NCBI GenBank assembly: GCA_902766085.1
Contig: CACXCH010000051.1
Span: 1 to 36,553 of the forward strand
Direction: 5' to 3'
Source of the DNA: an uncultured Eubacteriales bacterium
GTDB lineage: Bacteria; Bacillota; Clostridia; TANB77; CAG-508
Length of the DNA: 36,553 nt
The notes under the pieces were generated by a model, which did not search any database, was not told the origin of the DNA, and saw only the letters and a program-made list of their open reading frames with translations. This document shows positions 1 to 8,558 of this stretch, in pieces. The position numbers and the translations under genes were made by a program. Each line of letters starts with the position of its first letter. Within the stretch, counting starts at the first letter, position 1.

Positions 1-37
1 AAAACTTTCGCCACTTTTTCGCCACTTTTTTAGGCAA

Positions 38-70
38 ATAAAAAAATCAAGGAACTTTGAATCCCTTGAT
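38..70 (-). terminator. Putative rho-independent terminator downstream of the tRNA
   Basis: A 7-bp stem atcaagg (46-52) / ccttgat (64-70) encloses an 11-nt loop. On the minus strand a T-run follows it (plus-strand A-run 38-46). The loop is rather long. Confidence 0.45.
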
Positions 71-75
71 AAATC

Positions 76-151
76 TGGTTGCGGGGGATAGACTCGAACT
101 ACCGACCTTTGGGTTATGAGCCCAACGAGCTGCCAACTGCTCCACCCCGCG
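76..151 (-). tRNA. Initiator tRNA-fMet (anticodon CAT)
   Basis: The minus strand folds as a 76-nt cloverleaf: CGCGGGG TG GAGC AGTTGGCA GCTC G TTGGG CTCATAA CCCAA AGGTC GGTAG TTCGAGT CTATC CCCCGCA A CCA. The anticodon is CAT. A C1:A72 mismatch and three consecutive G:C pairs closing the anticodon stem are bacterial initiator hallmarks. The 3' CCA is encoded. Confidence 0.95.
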
Positions 152-167
152 ATGTTCAACAAAATTA

Positions 168-197
168 ATTATACTCTTTATTTGCCACTTCTGTCAA
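168..197 (-). promoter_or_regulatory. Sigma-A type promoter for the tRNA
   Basis: The minus strand reads TTGACA (192-197), an 18-nt spacer, then TATAAT (168-173). This lies about 17 nt upstream of the mature tRNA 5' end. Confidence 0.6.
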
Positions 198-324
198 TAC
201 TTTTTTTAAAATTTTTGCGATTGGGTTATAGTAAATTTCCTGTAGTATTAAATGAATATTATGAACTTTGGATTATATCTTAATGGTTTGAATTTTTTCT
301 CAATGAAATATACTTGTTTTTTTA

Positions 325-367
325 AAATTAAAAGGCCGCTCAATTGTTATTGTTGCGACCTTTTTTG
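325..367 (-). terminator. Putative terminator after the 392..913 CDS
   Basis: The stem aggccgc / gcgacct (334-340 / 355-361) has one mismatch. A-runs and T-runs flank it on both sides. It sits 25 nt downstream of the stop codon. Confidence 0.45.
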
Positions 368-391
368 ACATTTGCTGGTAATGCAGTCTGT

Positions 392-913
392 TTAAAGCTT
401 GTCAAGCGCGTCTAAAAATTTTCTCCAATATTCCTCATGCTCTCTATAATACTTTCCAAATTTTTCGCCTTCGGAATTAGGGTTTATATCAGGTACAACC
501 TGGTATTCGTCCATTGCTTCAGTTGGAATAATGTATGCACTATCGCTGGCTATCGCCCAAACTGCTTGCCTAAACCTTCCAATGTATGTTGTGTTCCCTG
601 TCACAAGTTCGTACTTGTCTTTCTTCTTGCTTATCTTATACCCTCGCCAGTCGGATATAATTTGAACCAGTGGCGGAATGATTTCTGTGACATTGTAGGC
701 CAGAAATACTTTTCCATTCTTTCTGATTAGAAAGTTATACTGCTTATCCTCAATGCAGAATCTCTCAATCTCTTTGATTTTTTCAAAAAAATCTTGTCTC
801 TGTCTATCGTTTAAATAGTCTTTGGCAAGTTGCAACTTTAGCTCCTGTAGCTGCTTTTCAAACGATTCCTGTTCATTGTAGTTTTGCCGTCTTTGTATTT
901 TGTTAAATGCCAT
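392..913 (-). CDS. Hypothetical protein (about 173 aa), no recognisable family
   Basis: This is the ORF-track frame 392..991. I prefer the ATG at 913 (MAFNKIQ...), which has GGAG 6 nt upstream. The 991 start would sit at the predicted transcription start of the promoter at 997-1025. Confidence 0.6.
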   Translation of the reverse strand: MAFNKIQRRQNYNEQESFEKQLQELKLQLAKDYLNDRQRQDFFEKIKEIERFCIEDKQYNFLIRKNGKVFLAYNVTEIIPPLVQIISDWRGYKISKKKDKYELVTGNTTYIGRFRQAVWAIASDSAYIIPTEAMDEYQVVPDINPNSEGEKFGKYYREHEEYWRKFLDALDKL

Positions 914-996
914 TTTTTTCTCCTTTCTCCAGTTGGAGTTTGATGCGCAATCACCAGGTGTAAAAAAGGATTGCATGTTTATTGTTAACATAACAA

Positions 997-1045
997 ATTA
1001 TAGCATTTCATTATCAATAAGTCAACCCCAGTTTATTATTGATAA
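997..1045 (-). promoter_or_regulatory. Promoter with a flanking 10-bp inverted repeat (operator-like)
   Basis: The minus strand reads TTGACT (1020-1025), a 17-nt spacer, then TATAAT (997-1002). A perfect inverted repeat, ttatcaataa (1011-1020) / ttattgataa (1036-1045), brackets the -35 element. Confidence 0.5.
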
Positions 1046-1399
1046 TGCCAAGAAATTTTGGAAAATACTTCTTAATTATTTTCCGAAATTTCTTGACACT
1101 AACTTATTATTTGCTAATCTTATTGTTCCTTTGGATAGTTTTTAAAATAAAAAAGTCGAGTTTCCTTTTGTTCTCTAATGCTTATATTCATTGTCTAATG
1201 GATATTATAATTAAGCTTGTTAGCTATAATTTACTAGTTATTGGTTTTAAATCAAATATTCAATAGAACTTAGTAATTTCAAAGCTTTTTAAAGAAAATT
1301 TATAAAAAACTTTTACACTTTATGTATACAATTATTATTCAAAAGCATTGACATTTCGTTGCAAAAATTCAAAGCATCAACCTGTAACAGCTATAATGA

Positions 1400-1945
1400 T
1401 TATTTTTTAAATATCCTGTTTAATTTATTAAATATTTTTGTTATTAATGATTGTTTATATGGTTTTAGTGCTAGGCTTTGAATATCATTTTTTTCTTTTC
1501 TTGTTTTATTAGTCTCTAATTGATGTTTGCCTATGCCTTTTTTTCCTTGAATGCTATATTTTTGAATGTGGCTACGTCTTTTTTCTGTTTCTTGGTCATA
1601 ATATGATGTCTCATTTTTAGCAATTTTTCCTTGTATAGAATATGTTTTTTCTATCTGCCTTTTAGCATTTTCATCCCATTTTTCTAGTAAAGCTTTCTTT
1701 TGTTCTTTATTATCACACCAATAATTAAGTGCAATTAGACCTATTATTCCTTTTGCATCATCCGAAATTTCTATTTCTGATAATTTCTTTTTATAATCGA
1801 ATTTGCATTGGTATTGTTTCGTTGCATTTTCTGCTAAGAATTTCATAAATGAGATCGGAATTTTGTTTACATATTCTTTTTTTATTCCTTGTAGATAATA
1901 TAAAACTTCTGCTAAACTGTTGGCATATTTTATATCATTCGTCAT
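1400..1945 (-). CDS. Hypothetical protein (181 aa), Lys-rich C-terminal half
   Basis: A long ORF with GGAGG 5 nt upstream of the ATG. I recognise no family motifs. Confidence 0.6.
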   Translation of the reverse strand: MTNDIKYANSLAEVLYYLQGIKKEYVNKIPISFMKFLAENATKQYQCKFDYKKKLSEIEISDDAKGIIGLIALNYWCDNKEQKKALLEKWDENAKRQIEKTYSIQGKIAKNETSYYDQETEKRRSHIQKYSIQGKKGIGKHQLETNKTRKEKNDIQSLALKPYKQSLITKIFNKLNRIFKK

Positions 1946-2055
1946 TTCTTTCCTCCGTTTGTTTCTACATTAACATTTGTTGGTATAGTTTTTGTTTTCC
2001 TGTTTTGTATTTTGTCAATTACTTGCATAACACTCTTTTCCTGTCAACGTTCAAA

Positions 2056-2736
2056 TTATTTGTTCAGTGTTTTTTCTATTTTATCAAGTGCTGAAATCAT
2101 TTCTTCTTCACTTATTGCTATGCTTTTTACATCTTCTAGCCCGTCTTTCTTGCTCCTTTCATTGTCTAGTTCTTTTATAAGATCAGGATATAGATCTTCA
2201 AATGCATTTTTAAATTCTTTTTCACATATACCTTTTTGGAAATTGCTTTTATCTAATTGTTGCTTTTTTTCTTCAAGCTTTTTCTTTAGATATTCGTCTC
2301 CTATTTGGCTATCTATAAAGTTGATTGTTTTTTCTATTTTGTCAAAATATTTTATTCTACTTTCTACGTCAGTTTCATCTATATCAGTTGGTGAAGTTTC
2401 TATGATTTTTTGTATTATGTTTTCGTTGTTTAAAATATTTTTATATATATGATCTTTGCTCTCTTGTTTTGAAGTGTTTGTATATATAGAATTTTCACCT
2501 TCTAGTTTTGAAGTGTTTGTATATGTAGAATTTTCACCTTCTAGTTTTGAAGTGTTTGTATATGTAGAATTTTCACCTTCTAGTTTTGAAGTATTTGTAT
2601 ATATAGAATTTTCACCTTCAAGTTTTGAATTGTTTTGATGTGCTTGATCTTCCTCGTTATTTGGTTGTATATTCTCTTTTTCTTCATCATTTAGTATATT
2701 TGATTGTTCTGTATTTCTGCTTTCGTTTTCGAACAT
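2056..2736 (-). CDS. Acidic hypothetical protein with four 13-aa tandem repeats (SKLEGENS[IT]YTNT)
   Basis: A 226-aa ORF. The repeats are in frame. I recognise no family. Confidence 0.55.
   Translation of the reverse strand: MFENESRNTEQSNILNDEEKENIQPNNEEDQAHQNNSKLEGENSIYTNTSKLEGENSTYTNTSKLEGENSTYTNTSKLEGENSIYTNTSKQESKDHIYKNILNNENIIQKIIETSPTDIDETDVESRIKYFDKIEKTINFIDSQIGDEYLKKKLEEKKQQLDKSNFQKGICEKEFKNAFEDLYPDLIKELDNERSKKDGLEDVKSIAISEEEMISALDKIEKTLNK
2473..2628 (-). repeat. 39-bp coding tandem repeat, 4 copies
   Basis: The unit ttttgaagtgtttgtatat(a/g)tagaattttcaccttctag repeats head to tail. It encodes residues 37-88 of the 226-aa protein. Confidence 0.9.
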
Positions 2737-2803
2737 TTTTAATCACGTTCCTTTCTTGGTTGCTTTAAATATTATGCATTACTTTCCATAAAAATAATAT
2801 CAT

Positions 2804-2845
2804 AAAGGGAAGTAATTTGCAATAAATTACCTCCCTTTTATTTTA
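2804..2845 (-). terminator. Strong hairpin, probable terminator between the TSCPD gene and the 2056..2736 gene
   Basis: A 15-bp stem aaagggaagtaattt / aaattacctcccttt has one mismatch and a loop gcaat. T-rich sequence flanks it. Strand assignment is uncertain and the element may be bidirectional. Confidence 0.4.
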
Positions 2846-3118
2846 ATAATCCGATTGAGTTACACTTGAATTTTCACTTAGCATTTAATATTGATTAATT
2901 TCGCCATTTACAGTTCTAAATTATAAAGCATAATTAAATTAAAATGTCCTCGAAGAATTTAAGTCAAAGCATTTATGTGGCAAATTTATGTGGCAAAATA
3001 TCTTAGAAAAATTTAATAGATAAAACATCCATCATTACCTAAGAGTAATCTACGTTTAGCAATATCACTCCAGTTCATATATATGTACAAATGTAAAAGT
3101 GCTTTATTAATAGTGTTT

Positions 3119-3376
3119 TTATTGCTGTTGCAAAGATTCTAATGCCTCTAATGCTTTTGATATTTGGTCAGGACATGATGTTTCTTTATAACCACATTTT
3201 ATGCCTTTTAATTTGTTGATTACATCTTCTACTTTCATTCCTTTTACTAGGCTTGCTATTCCTTTTAGATTGCCGTCGCATCCGCCTATTACTTCTATTT
3301 CATTTACAATTCCATTTTCAACGTCTAAAATTATTTGTTGAGAACAAACTCCTTTTGGTGTATATGTGTATCTCAT
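3119..3376 (-). CDS. TSCPD-domain small protein (TIGR03905-like 4-Cys family)
   Basis: An 85-aa protein with motifs C-x-Q, GGCDGN and KETSCPDQ. These are typical of the uncharacterised TSCPD/4-Cys family. Confidence 0.75.
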   Translation of the reverse strand: MRYTYTPKGVCSQQIILDVENGIVNEIEVIGGCDGNLKGIASLVKGMKVEDVINKLKGIKCGYKETSCPDQISKALEALESLQQQ

Positions 3377-3413
3377 TTTTCTGTTTCCTTTCTTATTTGT
3401 GATATAGATTTAG

Positions 3414-3467
3414 GTTACTGGTTAATGGTTTATAAATTTAGAGTGCTGGAAAGCATTAACCAGTAAC
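3414..3467. repeat. Perfect 14-bp inverted repeat with a 26-nt spacer
   Basis: The arms are gttactggttaatg (3414-3427) and cattaaccagtaac (3454-3467). The repeat is intergenic, between the RluD-like stop and the TSCPD start. No adjacent T-tract is present. Confidence 0.8.
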
Positions 3468-3614
3468 AGATTTAGTGTTACTTTTTTTCTTTCATTTTTC
3501 CAATTTGCAGTTAACATTATATGTTGCTATTCTTCTTTTGTTTTTGTTGATCTATGGTTTGGTTTTTACATTATACATTATTTTTTCATTCTATGTTTTA
3601 ATTTTTAAATTTTG

Positions 3615-4739
3615 TTATGTTATAAGTAATCCTTTCATATCATCTGGTAAATCTGCAGTAATTTCTATTCTTTCATTTGTTACTGGATGGACAAAACTTA
3701 TTTTATATGCATGGAGGGCTTGCCTATCTATTAAGTTTGATTCTTTTCCGTATAGGCTGTCACCTAAAATTGGATGATTTATTGATGCTAGGTGTACTCT
3801 TATTTGGTGGGTTCTACCTGTTTCTAAAATACATTTTACCAATGTATATTCTACCTTTTTGCAGTCTTTTTCTTCTTGTGAAGTTATGTTTTTTTCTTCT
3901 TGTAAATTTATATTTCTTTTTTCTTGTGAATTTATGTTTCTTTCTTCTTGTAAATTTATTTTTCTTTTTTCTTGTAAATTTATTTTTCTTTCTTCTTGTG
4001 AATTTACTATTTCATTGATGTTTTCTATAATGTCATTATTGTTTGCATTTTTTTGATTTGTCTCTGCTTCGTTGTAAAACGTTTTTTTGTAATTTATTAT
4101 CTCTTTGTTACGAATTATTTTTTCATAATTTTTTATTGCTTCATAATAAGTTATTGCCTCTTTCCCATTATTATCAATACATCTTTCTATTATGCTACCT
4201 TTTTTTCTAGAAATGCCTTTGTTGATAATTCCGCTTCCTTCAAGCTTTCCTTCAACTATTGCAAGATATTCTTTGTTATATTTTGTTAGATTATTTTGGA
4301 TATATTCTGATTTTGCAAATATAACTATACCAGTCGTATTTCTATCAAGCCTATTTACAGGTCTAATTTTTTTATTCAAACCTATTTTGTCATAATAGTA
4401 TTTTATCCCATTAGATAAGCTATCTTCATAATGCCCCATTGTTGGATGAACCGGTATAAACTTTGGCTTGTTAACTATCAGCATCCAGTCATCCTCATAT
4501 AAGATTTCAAATTTTATATCAGGATTTGGAACAATATTAGAATTGTCCTCATAATAATTTAGGTTTATTGTTATTAAGTCTCCTTTATGAACTTTCTGAT
4601 ATGTTCTTTGATTCTTATTATTAACTAAAATGTCTTTCTCGTCTATTCTTTTAATTTGGTACTTTGAAATTTTTAGTTCTTCTATTAGAATTCTTTTAAT
4701 ATCGTCTTCGTCTTTTTTTACTATATATTCCAGTTCCAT
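3615..4739 (-). CDS. rluD: RluA-family 23S rRNA pseudouridine synthase (RluD-like) with an S4 N-domain and a ~90-aa insertion
   Basis: The protein has an S4-like N-terminus. Its motifs are KPKFIPVHP, NRLDRNTTG, YLAIVEG and ETGRTHQIRVH. Confidence 0.85.
   Translation of the reverse strand: MELEYIVKKDEDDIKRILIEELKISKYQIKRIDEKDILVNNKNQRTYQKVHKGDLITINLNYYEDNSNIVPNPDIKFEILYEDDWMLIVNKPKFIPVHPTMGHYEDSLSNGIKYYYDKIGLNKKIRPVNRLDRNTTGIVIFAKSEYIQNNLTKYNKEYLAIVEGKLEGSGIINKGISRKKGSIIERCIDNNGKEAITYYEAIKNYEKIIRNKEIINYKKTFYNEAETNQKNANNNDIIENINEIVNSQEERKINLQEKRKINLQEERNINSQEKRNINLQEEKNITSQEEKDCKKVEYTLVKCILETGRTHQIRVHLASINHPILGDSLYGKESNLIDRQALHAYKISFVHPVTNERIEITADLPDDMKGLLIT
3858..4001 (-). repeat. 24-bp coding tandem repeat, about 6 copies, inside the pseudouridine synthase
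   Basis: The repeats encode SQEERKIN LQEKRKIN LQEERNIN SQEKRNIN LQEEKNIT SQEEKDCK (residues 247-294). Confidence 0.85.
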
Positions 4740-4957
4740 TTAAATCACTTTTTAAATTTATTTTATAAAAATTTTATTAAGAAAAAATAAACAATACCTT
4801 TATAAAAAACATATCATTTTTTACCATAGGACACGAATATCTTTCATAAAAAGTTTTCGTTTATTTTTTCTAACATATTATTTTTTATTTAAAATCTCTA
4901 CATTTTCTTTTTGTTTTTAACTATCTACACTACTTCTTTATCCTTACTTTAAATCCT

Positions 4958-6112
4958 CTACATTGCTTCTTTGTATAATCTTATGAAGTCATCCTTAGTT
5001 ACTTCTCTTGGGTTCCCTGGTTTGCATGGATCAACCATTGCTTTATCTGCAAGCATTGGAATATCTTCTTCCTTGCACCCAACATCTTTTAATCTTTGGG
5101 TTATACCAACTGATTTAGATAATTCTGAAATCATCCATACAAATGTATTTATTACGTCTTGGTCATTTAGGTTCCTTGCATCAGGTCTACCAATATGGCA
5201 TAATATTTCTCTAAAATCATTTGCACATACTTCGCCATTAAATCTCATTACCGTTGGTAGTAAAATTGCATTTGCAAGTCCATGAGGTGTATTGTAAACA
5301 GCTCCTAATTGGTGTGCCATTGAGTGTACAATTCCAAGTCCACAATTTGAAAATGCCATTCCTGCCATATATTGTGCTAAAGCCATATTTTCAATGGCTT
5401 TTTCATCTTTTTCATTTACAGCCTTTGTTAAGTTTTCGAATATCAATTCAATTGCTCTCATTGACATCATTCTTGACATTGTTGAATGTCCTTTTGCTAT
5501 ATAGCCTTCGATTGCATGTGTTAGTGCATCCATCCCAGTTGAAGAAGCCATTGATTTTGGCATTGTTTCCATTAGTTCTGAATCGACAATTGCAACAATT
5601 GGTAAATCGTGTGGATCTACGCATACCATTTTTATCTTTTTCTTTGGATCTGTTATTACATAATTAATTGTAACCTCAGATGCTGTTCCATGAGTTGTTG
5701 GTAAACAAATTAATGGTAGGCCTTTATTTTTTGTATTTGATAAACCATTTAATGAAGCAACATCTGCTCTATCAGGATTTGCCACAACAATAGAAATCCC
5801 TTTTGCAGTATCCATAGCAGAACCTCCACCTACAGCTACTATTACATCTGCTTTGTAAGATTTGCAAACCTTTACCCCAGCAAGAACATTTTCTATTGGT
5901 GGGTTTGGTTGGATATTATCAAATAATTTGTAGGCAATTTTGGCTTTGTCAAGTAATGAACTAACCTTTTCTGTAACTCCTGCATCTACTAATGACTTAT
6001 CAGATACAAGCAGTACCTTTTTAAATCCTCTTTCTTTAAGAACTCCTACAAGTTCTGTTCTACATCCTCTGCCAAAATAAGATGTTTCATTTAATATAAA
6101 CCTTTCGCTCAT
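4958..6112 (-). CDS. fucO: Iron-containing alcohol dehydrogenase, lactaldehyde reductase (FucO)-like
   Basis: The 384-aa protein is collinear with E. coli FucO as I remember it. Matching segments include ILNET-FGRG, GGGS, PTT-GT-SEVT-NYVITD, VDPHD-P, DALTHAIEGY and YNTPHG-ANAILLP. Substrate specificity is inferred only. Confidence 0.8.
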   Translation of the reverse strand: MSERFILNETSYFGRGCRTELVGVLKERGFKKVLLVSDKSLVDAGVTEKVSSLLDKAKIAYKLFDNIQPNPPIENVLAGVKVCKSYKADVIVAVGGGSAMDTAKGISIVVANPDRADVASLNGLSNTKNKGLPLICLPTTHGTASEVTINYVITDPKKKIKMVCVDPHDLPIVAIVDSELMETMPKSMASSTGMDALTHAIEGYIAKGHSTMSRMMSMRAIELIFENLTKAVNEKDEKAIENMALAQYMAGMAFSNCGLGIVHSMAHQLGAVYNTPHGLANAILLPTVMRFNGEVCANDFREILCHIGRPDARNLNDQDVINTFVWMISELSKSVGITQRLKDVGCKEEDIPMLADKAMVDPCKPGNPREVTKDDFIRLYKEAM

Positions 6113-6159
6113 TTGTGTTCCTCCTTAATTTTATCTTTATAGTATTTCGTCATTATGTT

Positions 6160-6201
6160 ATCATAAAAGCAGAAAACTTGCAATAAGTTTTCTGCTCTTT
6201 T
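6160..6201 (-). terminator. Rho-independent terminator after the GT8 gene
   Basis: A perfect 12-bp stem agcagaaaactt / aagttttctgct (6168-6179 / 6185-6196) with loop gcaat. T-runs are present on both strands. Confidence 0.6.
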
Positions 6202-6311
6202 GTTACATGTTAATATTTTTTTAGCCCCAAAGCAAGTCTTTAGCAATTAAATATTATACTTTATTGATTTCTTAACTTGCTTTTGTTGTTAATCTATTAC
6301 TACGTTTTTTA

Positions 6312-7289
6312 TCAGATAAATCTCTTTTCTCCTTTTTCAAATGTTTTTTTGAATGTGTTATCATCATCTTTTGCCTGTTTATATGCATCTTCAATAATCT
6401 TACCTAAGCATTCTCTATCAGATTGTTTTTGTTCGTCTGAATAGTTTTCTTTGAACTTTACTATTTCTTCATAATATGGTGATAGCTTAGCATATTTCCA
6501 GAAATAGTCTTCATATTGAATGTTGTCATAGCACCAAGGTTTTTGAAATAAGTTATAGTGTATCAATTTTGGCTCTTTTAGTGGCTCTTTTGCGTCATTT
6601 GGCATTGCATCCCAGCATTCGTCTAAATATACTATTTTTCCATTGCACATTGCGTTAATGTAGTCCTGATCTGGTGCAACACAGAAGAAATGATATTTGT
6701 TTAATAACCTTAAGAAATTTTTGCTAAACTCTATTTCTCTCATTTTCTTTAGGTTCATAAGCAAAACTCCAGAATTTATGTATTCGCTTGGTTTTACACC
6801 AATTGATTCTTGCAAATAGTATCTAAGCTTTTCCACATTTTCGATTGAGTGATCAGGGCATGCTCCGATTATATTGTCTCCCAATTCTATTTTATACATT
6901 TGAGCAATATCACCTGGAACTACTACGTCGCTATCTATGTAGATTCCTTTATCATATTCTTTAAATATATCTGGAATAAATATTCTAAAGTAAATTGATA
7001 ATGTAAAATAATCTCTCCTTAACTTGTTTTCTTCTCTATCGGTTATTTGCTCAAGTCCTTTTTCAAGGGATTCTTTCATATCAAATAATTTTACTTCAAC
7101 ATTTTCCTTTAAATTATTTAAATTTCTTATACTTTCAATCTGCTTATCTGTTAGCTTTTCGTGTAAAACATTGATTACATATTTGTCGCTATCATTTGAA
7201 TTACTAGCTAATGACCTAATAGCCACATCAAGATATGGCACATATTTATCATCAATTGTTAAAAAAATTGGAATTACATCGTTTTTCAT
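6312..7289 (-). CDS. Family 8 glycosyltransferase (GT8, LPS 1,2/1,3-glycosyltransferase/GspA-like)
   Basis: The N-terminus reads IPIFLTIDDKYVPYLDVAIRSL. The protein also has a DSDVVV (DxD) motif and a C-terminal HYN...KPW motif. Confidence 0.8.
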   Translation of the reverse strand: MKNDVIPIFLTIDDKYVPYLDVAIRSLASNSNDSDKYVINVLHEKLTDKQIESIRNLNNLKENVEVKLFDMKESLEKGLEQITDREENKLRRDYFTLSIYFRIFIPDIFKEYDKGIYIDSDVVVPGDIAQMYKIELGDNIIGACPDHSIENVEKLRYYLQESIGVKPSEYINSGVLLMNLKKMREIEFSKNFLRLLNKYHFFCVAPDQDYINAMCNGKIVYLDECWDAMPNDAKEPLKEPKLIHYNLFQKPWCYDNIQYEDYFWKYAKLSPYYEEIVKFKENYSDEQKQSDRECLGKIIEDAYKQAKDDDNTFKKTFEKGEKRFI

Positions 7290-7491
7290 TTTTCAATTAA
7301 TCCTTTCTTTTTCTCAGTTTGTTTGAGGAACAAATTTGCTTTAAAAATTATTTTGTTCTTCAACATTTTCTGCTATACTATACCACATTTTTTATAGAAA
7401 AATCAAGACTAACGCAATTAAGTAATATTTAGATTTACATTGTTACAAGTTAGCGTTTTTTAAAATAAAAAAGCTGAAAACCATAAATAAT

Positions 7492-7536
7492 AAACCATTA
7501 GCCTGTAACTTTATGTTTGTTGCAGGTTAATGGTTT
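7492..7536 (-). terminator. Hairpin terminator at the distal end of the T4SS-like cluster
   Basis: About 18 bp pair between 7492-7509 and 7519-7536, including G:U pairs, around a 9-nt loop. U-rich sequence follows on the minus strand. The hairpin lies 39 nt after the stop at 7575. Confidence 0.5.
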
Positions 7537-7574
7537 CATCTTAATTTAGATTTTTGCAAATATTAACTACTGAA

Positions 7575-8543
7575 TTATAAATTTATGTTAAAACTATAAA
7601 CACTAATTGCGTCACTATATGAATCTGTTGTTATCATGGATTTTAGTATTCTTACATCATTAAGTTGCAATACACTTTCATCAGTTGTTTCGTCAAAATA
7701 TTTTGTAAATATGAAACTCATTTCTTCAGTTTCTCCTGGAGAAACGAAAAATTTTGCATTATCTAAGTTTTCCGCTCCTCTTTCTTGGTTTCCTACTATT
7801 AATGAAACTTCCTTTGCATAAGTTGCGTCTGAAATTAATACATATCCATCTGCAGTTTTGTTTGTTATTTTTAAATTATATCCAACTTTGTCATAGCCTA
7901 TATCTTTTGACGTTATTTCTACTTTTATGTAGTCATCTTCTTTTGAGATGTTCAAGTCTTTTGATATTATAAAATTATTATTTGATAATTTTATATCGTC
8001 TCCTTCGTTAAAAACAGCAATTCTTTCTGAATAACTATAATATCCTCCTGTTGTTCCGGTTGATTCTATATCATCTGTAAGTGTTAAAATGTAAACATAA
8101 ATTCCATCTACATTTGAATAATTTTGAGTATAGTATTTTCTCTCCTCAGGAAACAAGCTATCAACATAGCTTTTGAAGTTTTCTTCGTTGTCATTATAAA
8201 CATATTTCTTACATGAAGTTGAAATTAAATTGTATGCGTTGTCATAATCTTTGTTGTTACAATATGTAATATATGTTTTTATTAATTCATTTATCTTCTT
8301 TGCATCTGATTTTGATATACTATCGGTTTCGTCCATTATTGGAGAATCAGGTGTATATGTATTTGACATTTGTATTTCTTTTGGAATTGATTTTAAATAT
8401 TGATTTATTAGAAAAACAATTAGCCATATTATAAAAATAACAAAAATAATTCTGCCTTGACTTTTAAAAAAATTTCTTATTGCAATTCTGATTTTTGCTC
8501 TATTATTCATAATATTTTTAGCTTTCTCCTTTCTATAGTTCAT
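7575..8543 (-). CDS. Bitopic membrane protein with a possible NTF2-like module plus a beta-rich C-domain (VirB8/TcpC-like candidate)
   Basis: The 322-aa protein has one N-terminal TM segment (IIFVIFIIWLIVFLI). Its ectodomain opens with the helix IKTYITYCNNKDYDNAYNLIS, a motif shared with the neighbouring genes. Confidence 0.45.
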   Translation of the reverse strand: MNYRKEKAKNIMNNRAKIRIAIRNFFKSQGRIIFVIFIIWLIVFLINQYLKSIPKEIQMSNTYTPDSPIMDETDSISKSDAKKINELIKTYITYCNNKDYDNAYNLISTSCKKYVYNDNEENFKSYVDSLFPEERKYYTQNYSNVDGIYVYILTLTDDIESTGTTGGYYSYSERIAVFNEGDDIKLSNNNFIISKDLNISKEDDYIKVEITSKDIGYDKVGYNLKITNKTADGYVLISDATYAKEVSLIVGNQERGAENLDNAKFFVSPGETEEMSFIFTKYFDETTDESVLQLNDVRILKSMITTDSYSDAISVYSFNINL

Positions 8544-8558
8544 TTGCTCCTTTTTTAT

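Noticed and set aside
914-991. The 26-codon N-terminal extension of ORF 392..991.
   Set aside because: It has no ribosome-binding site, and the ATG at 991 coincides with the predicted transcription start of the promoter at 997-1025. The internal ATG at 913 has a good GGAG site.
2473-4001. Tandem repeats at 2473-2628 and 3858-4001 as possible CRISPR arrays.
   Set aside because: The units abut with no unique spacers, they are in frame within long ORFs, and they encode peptide repeats. No cas genes are present.
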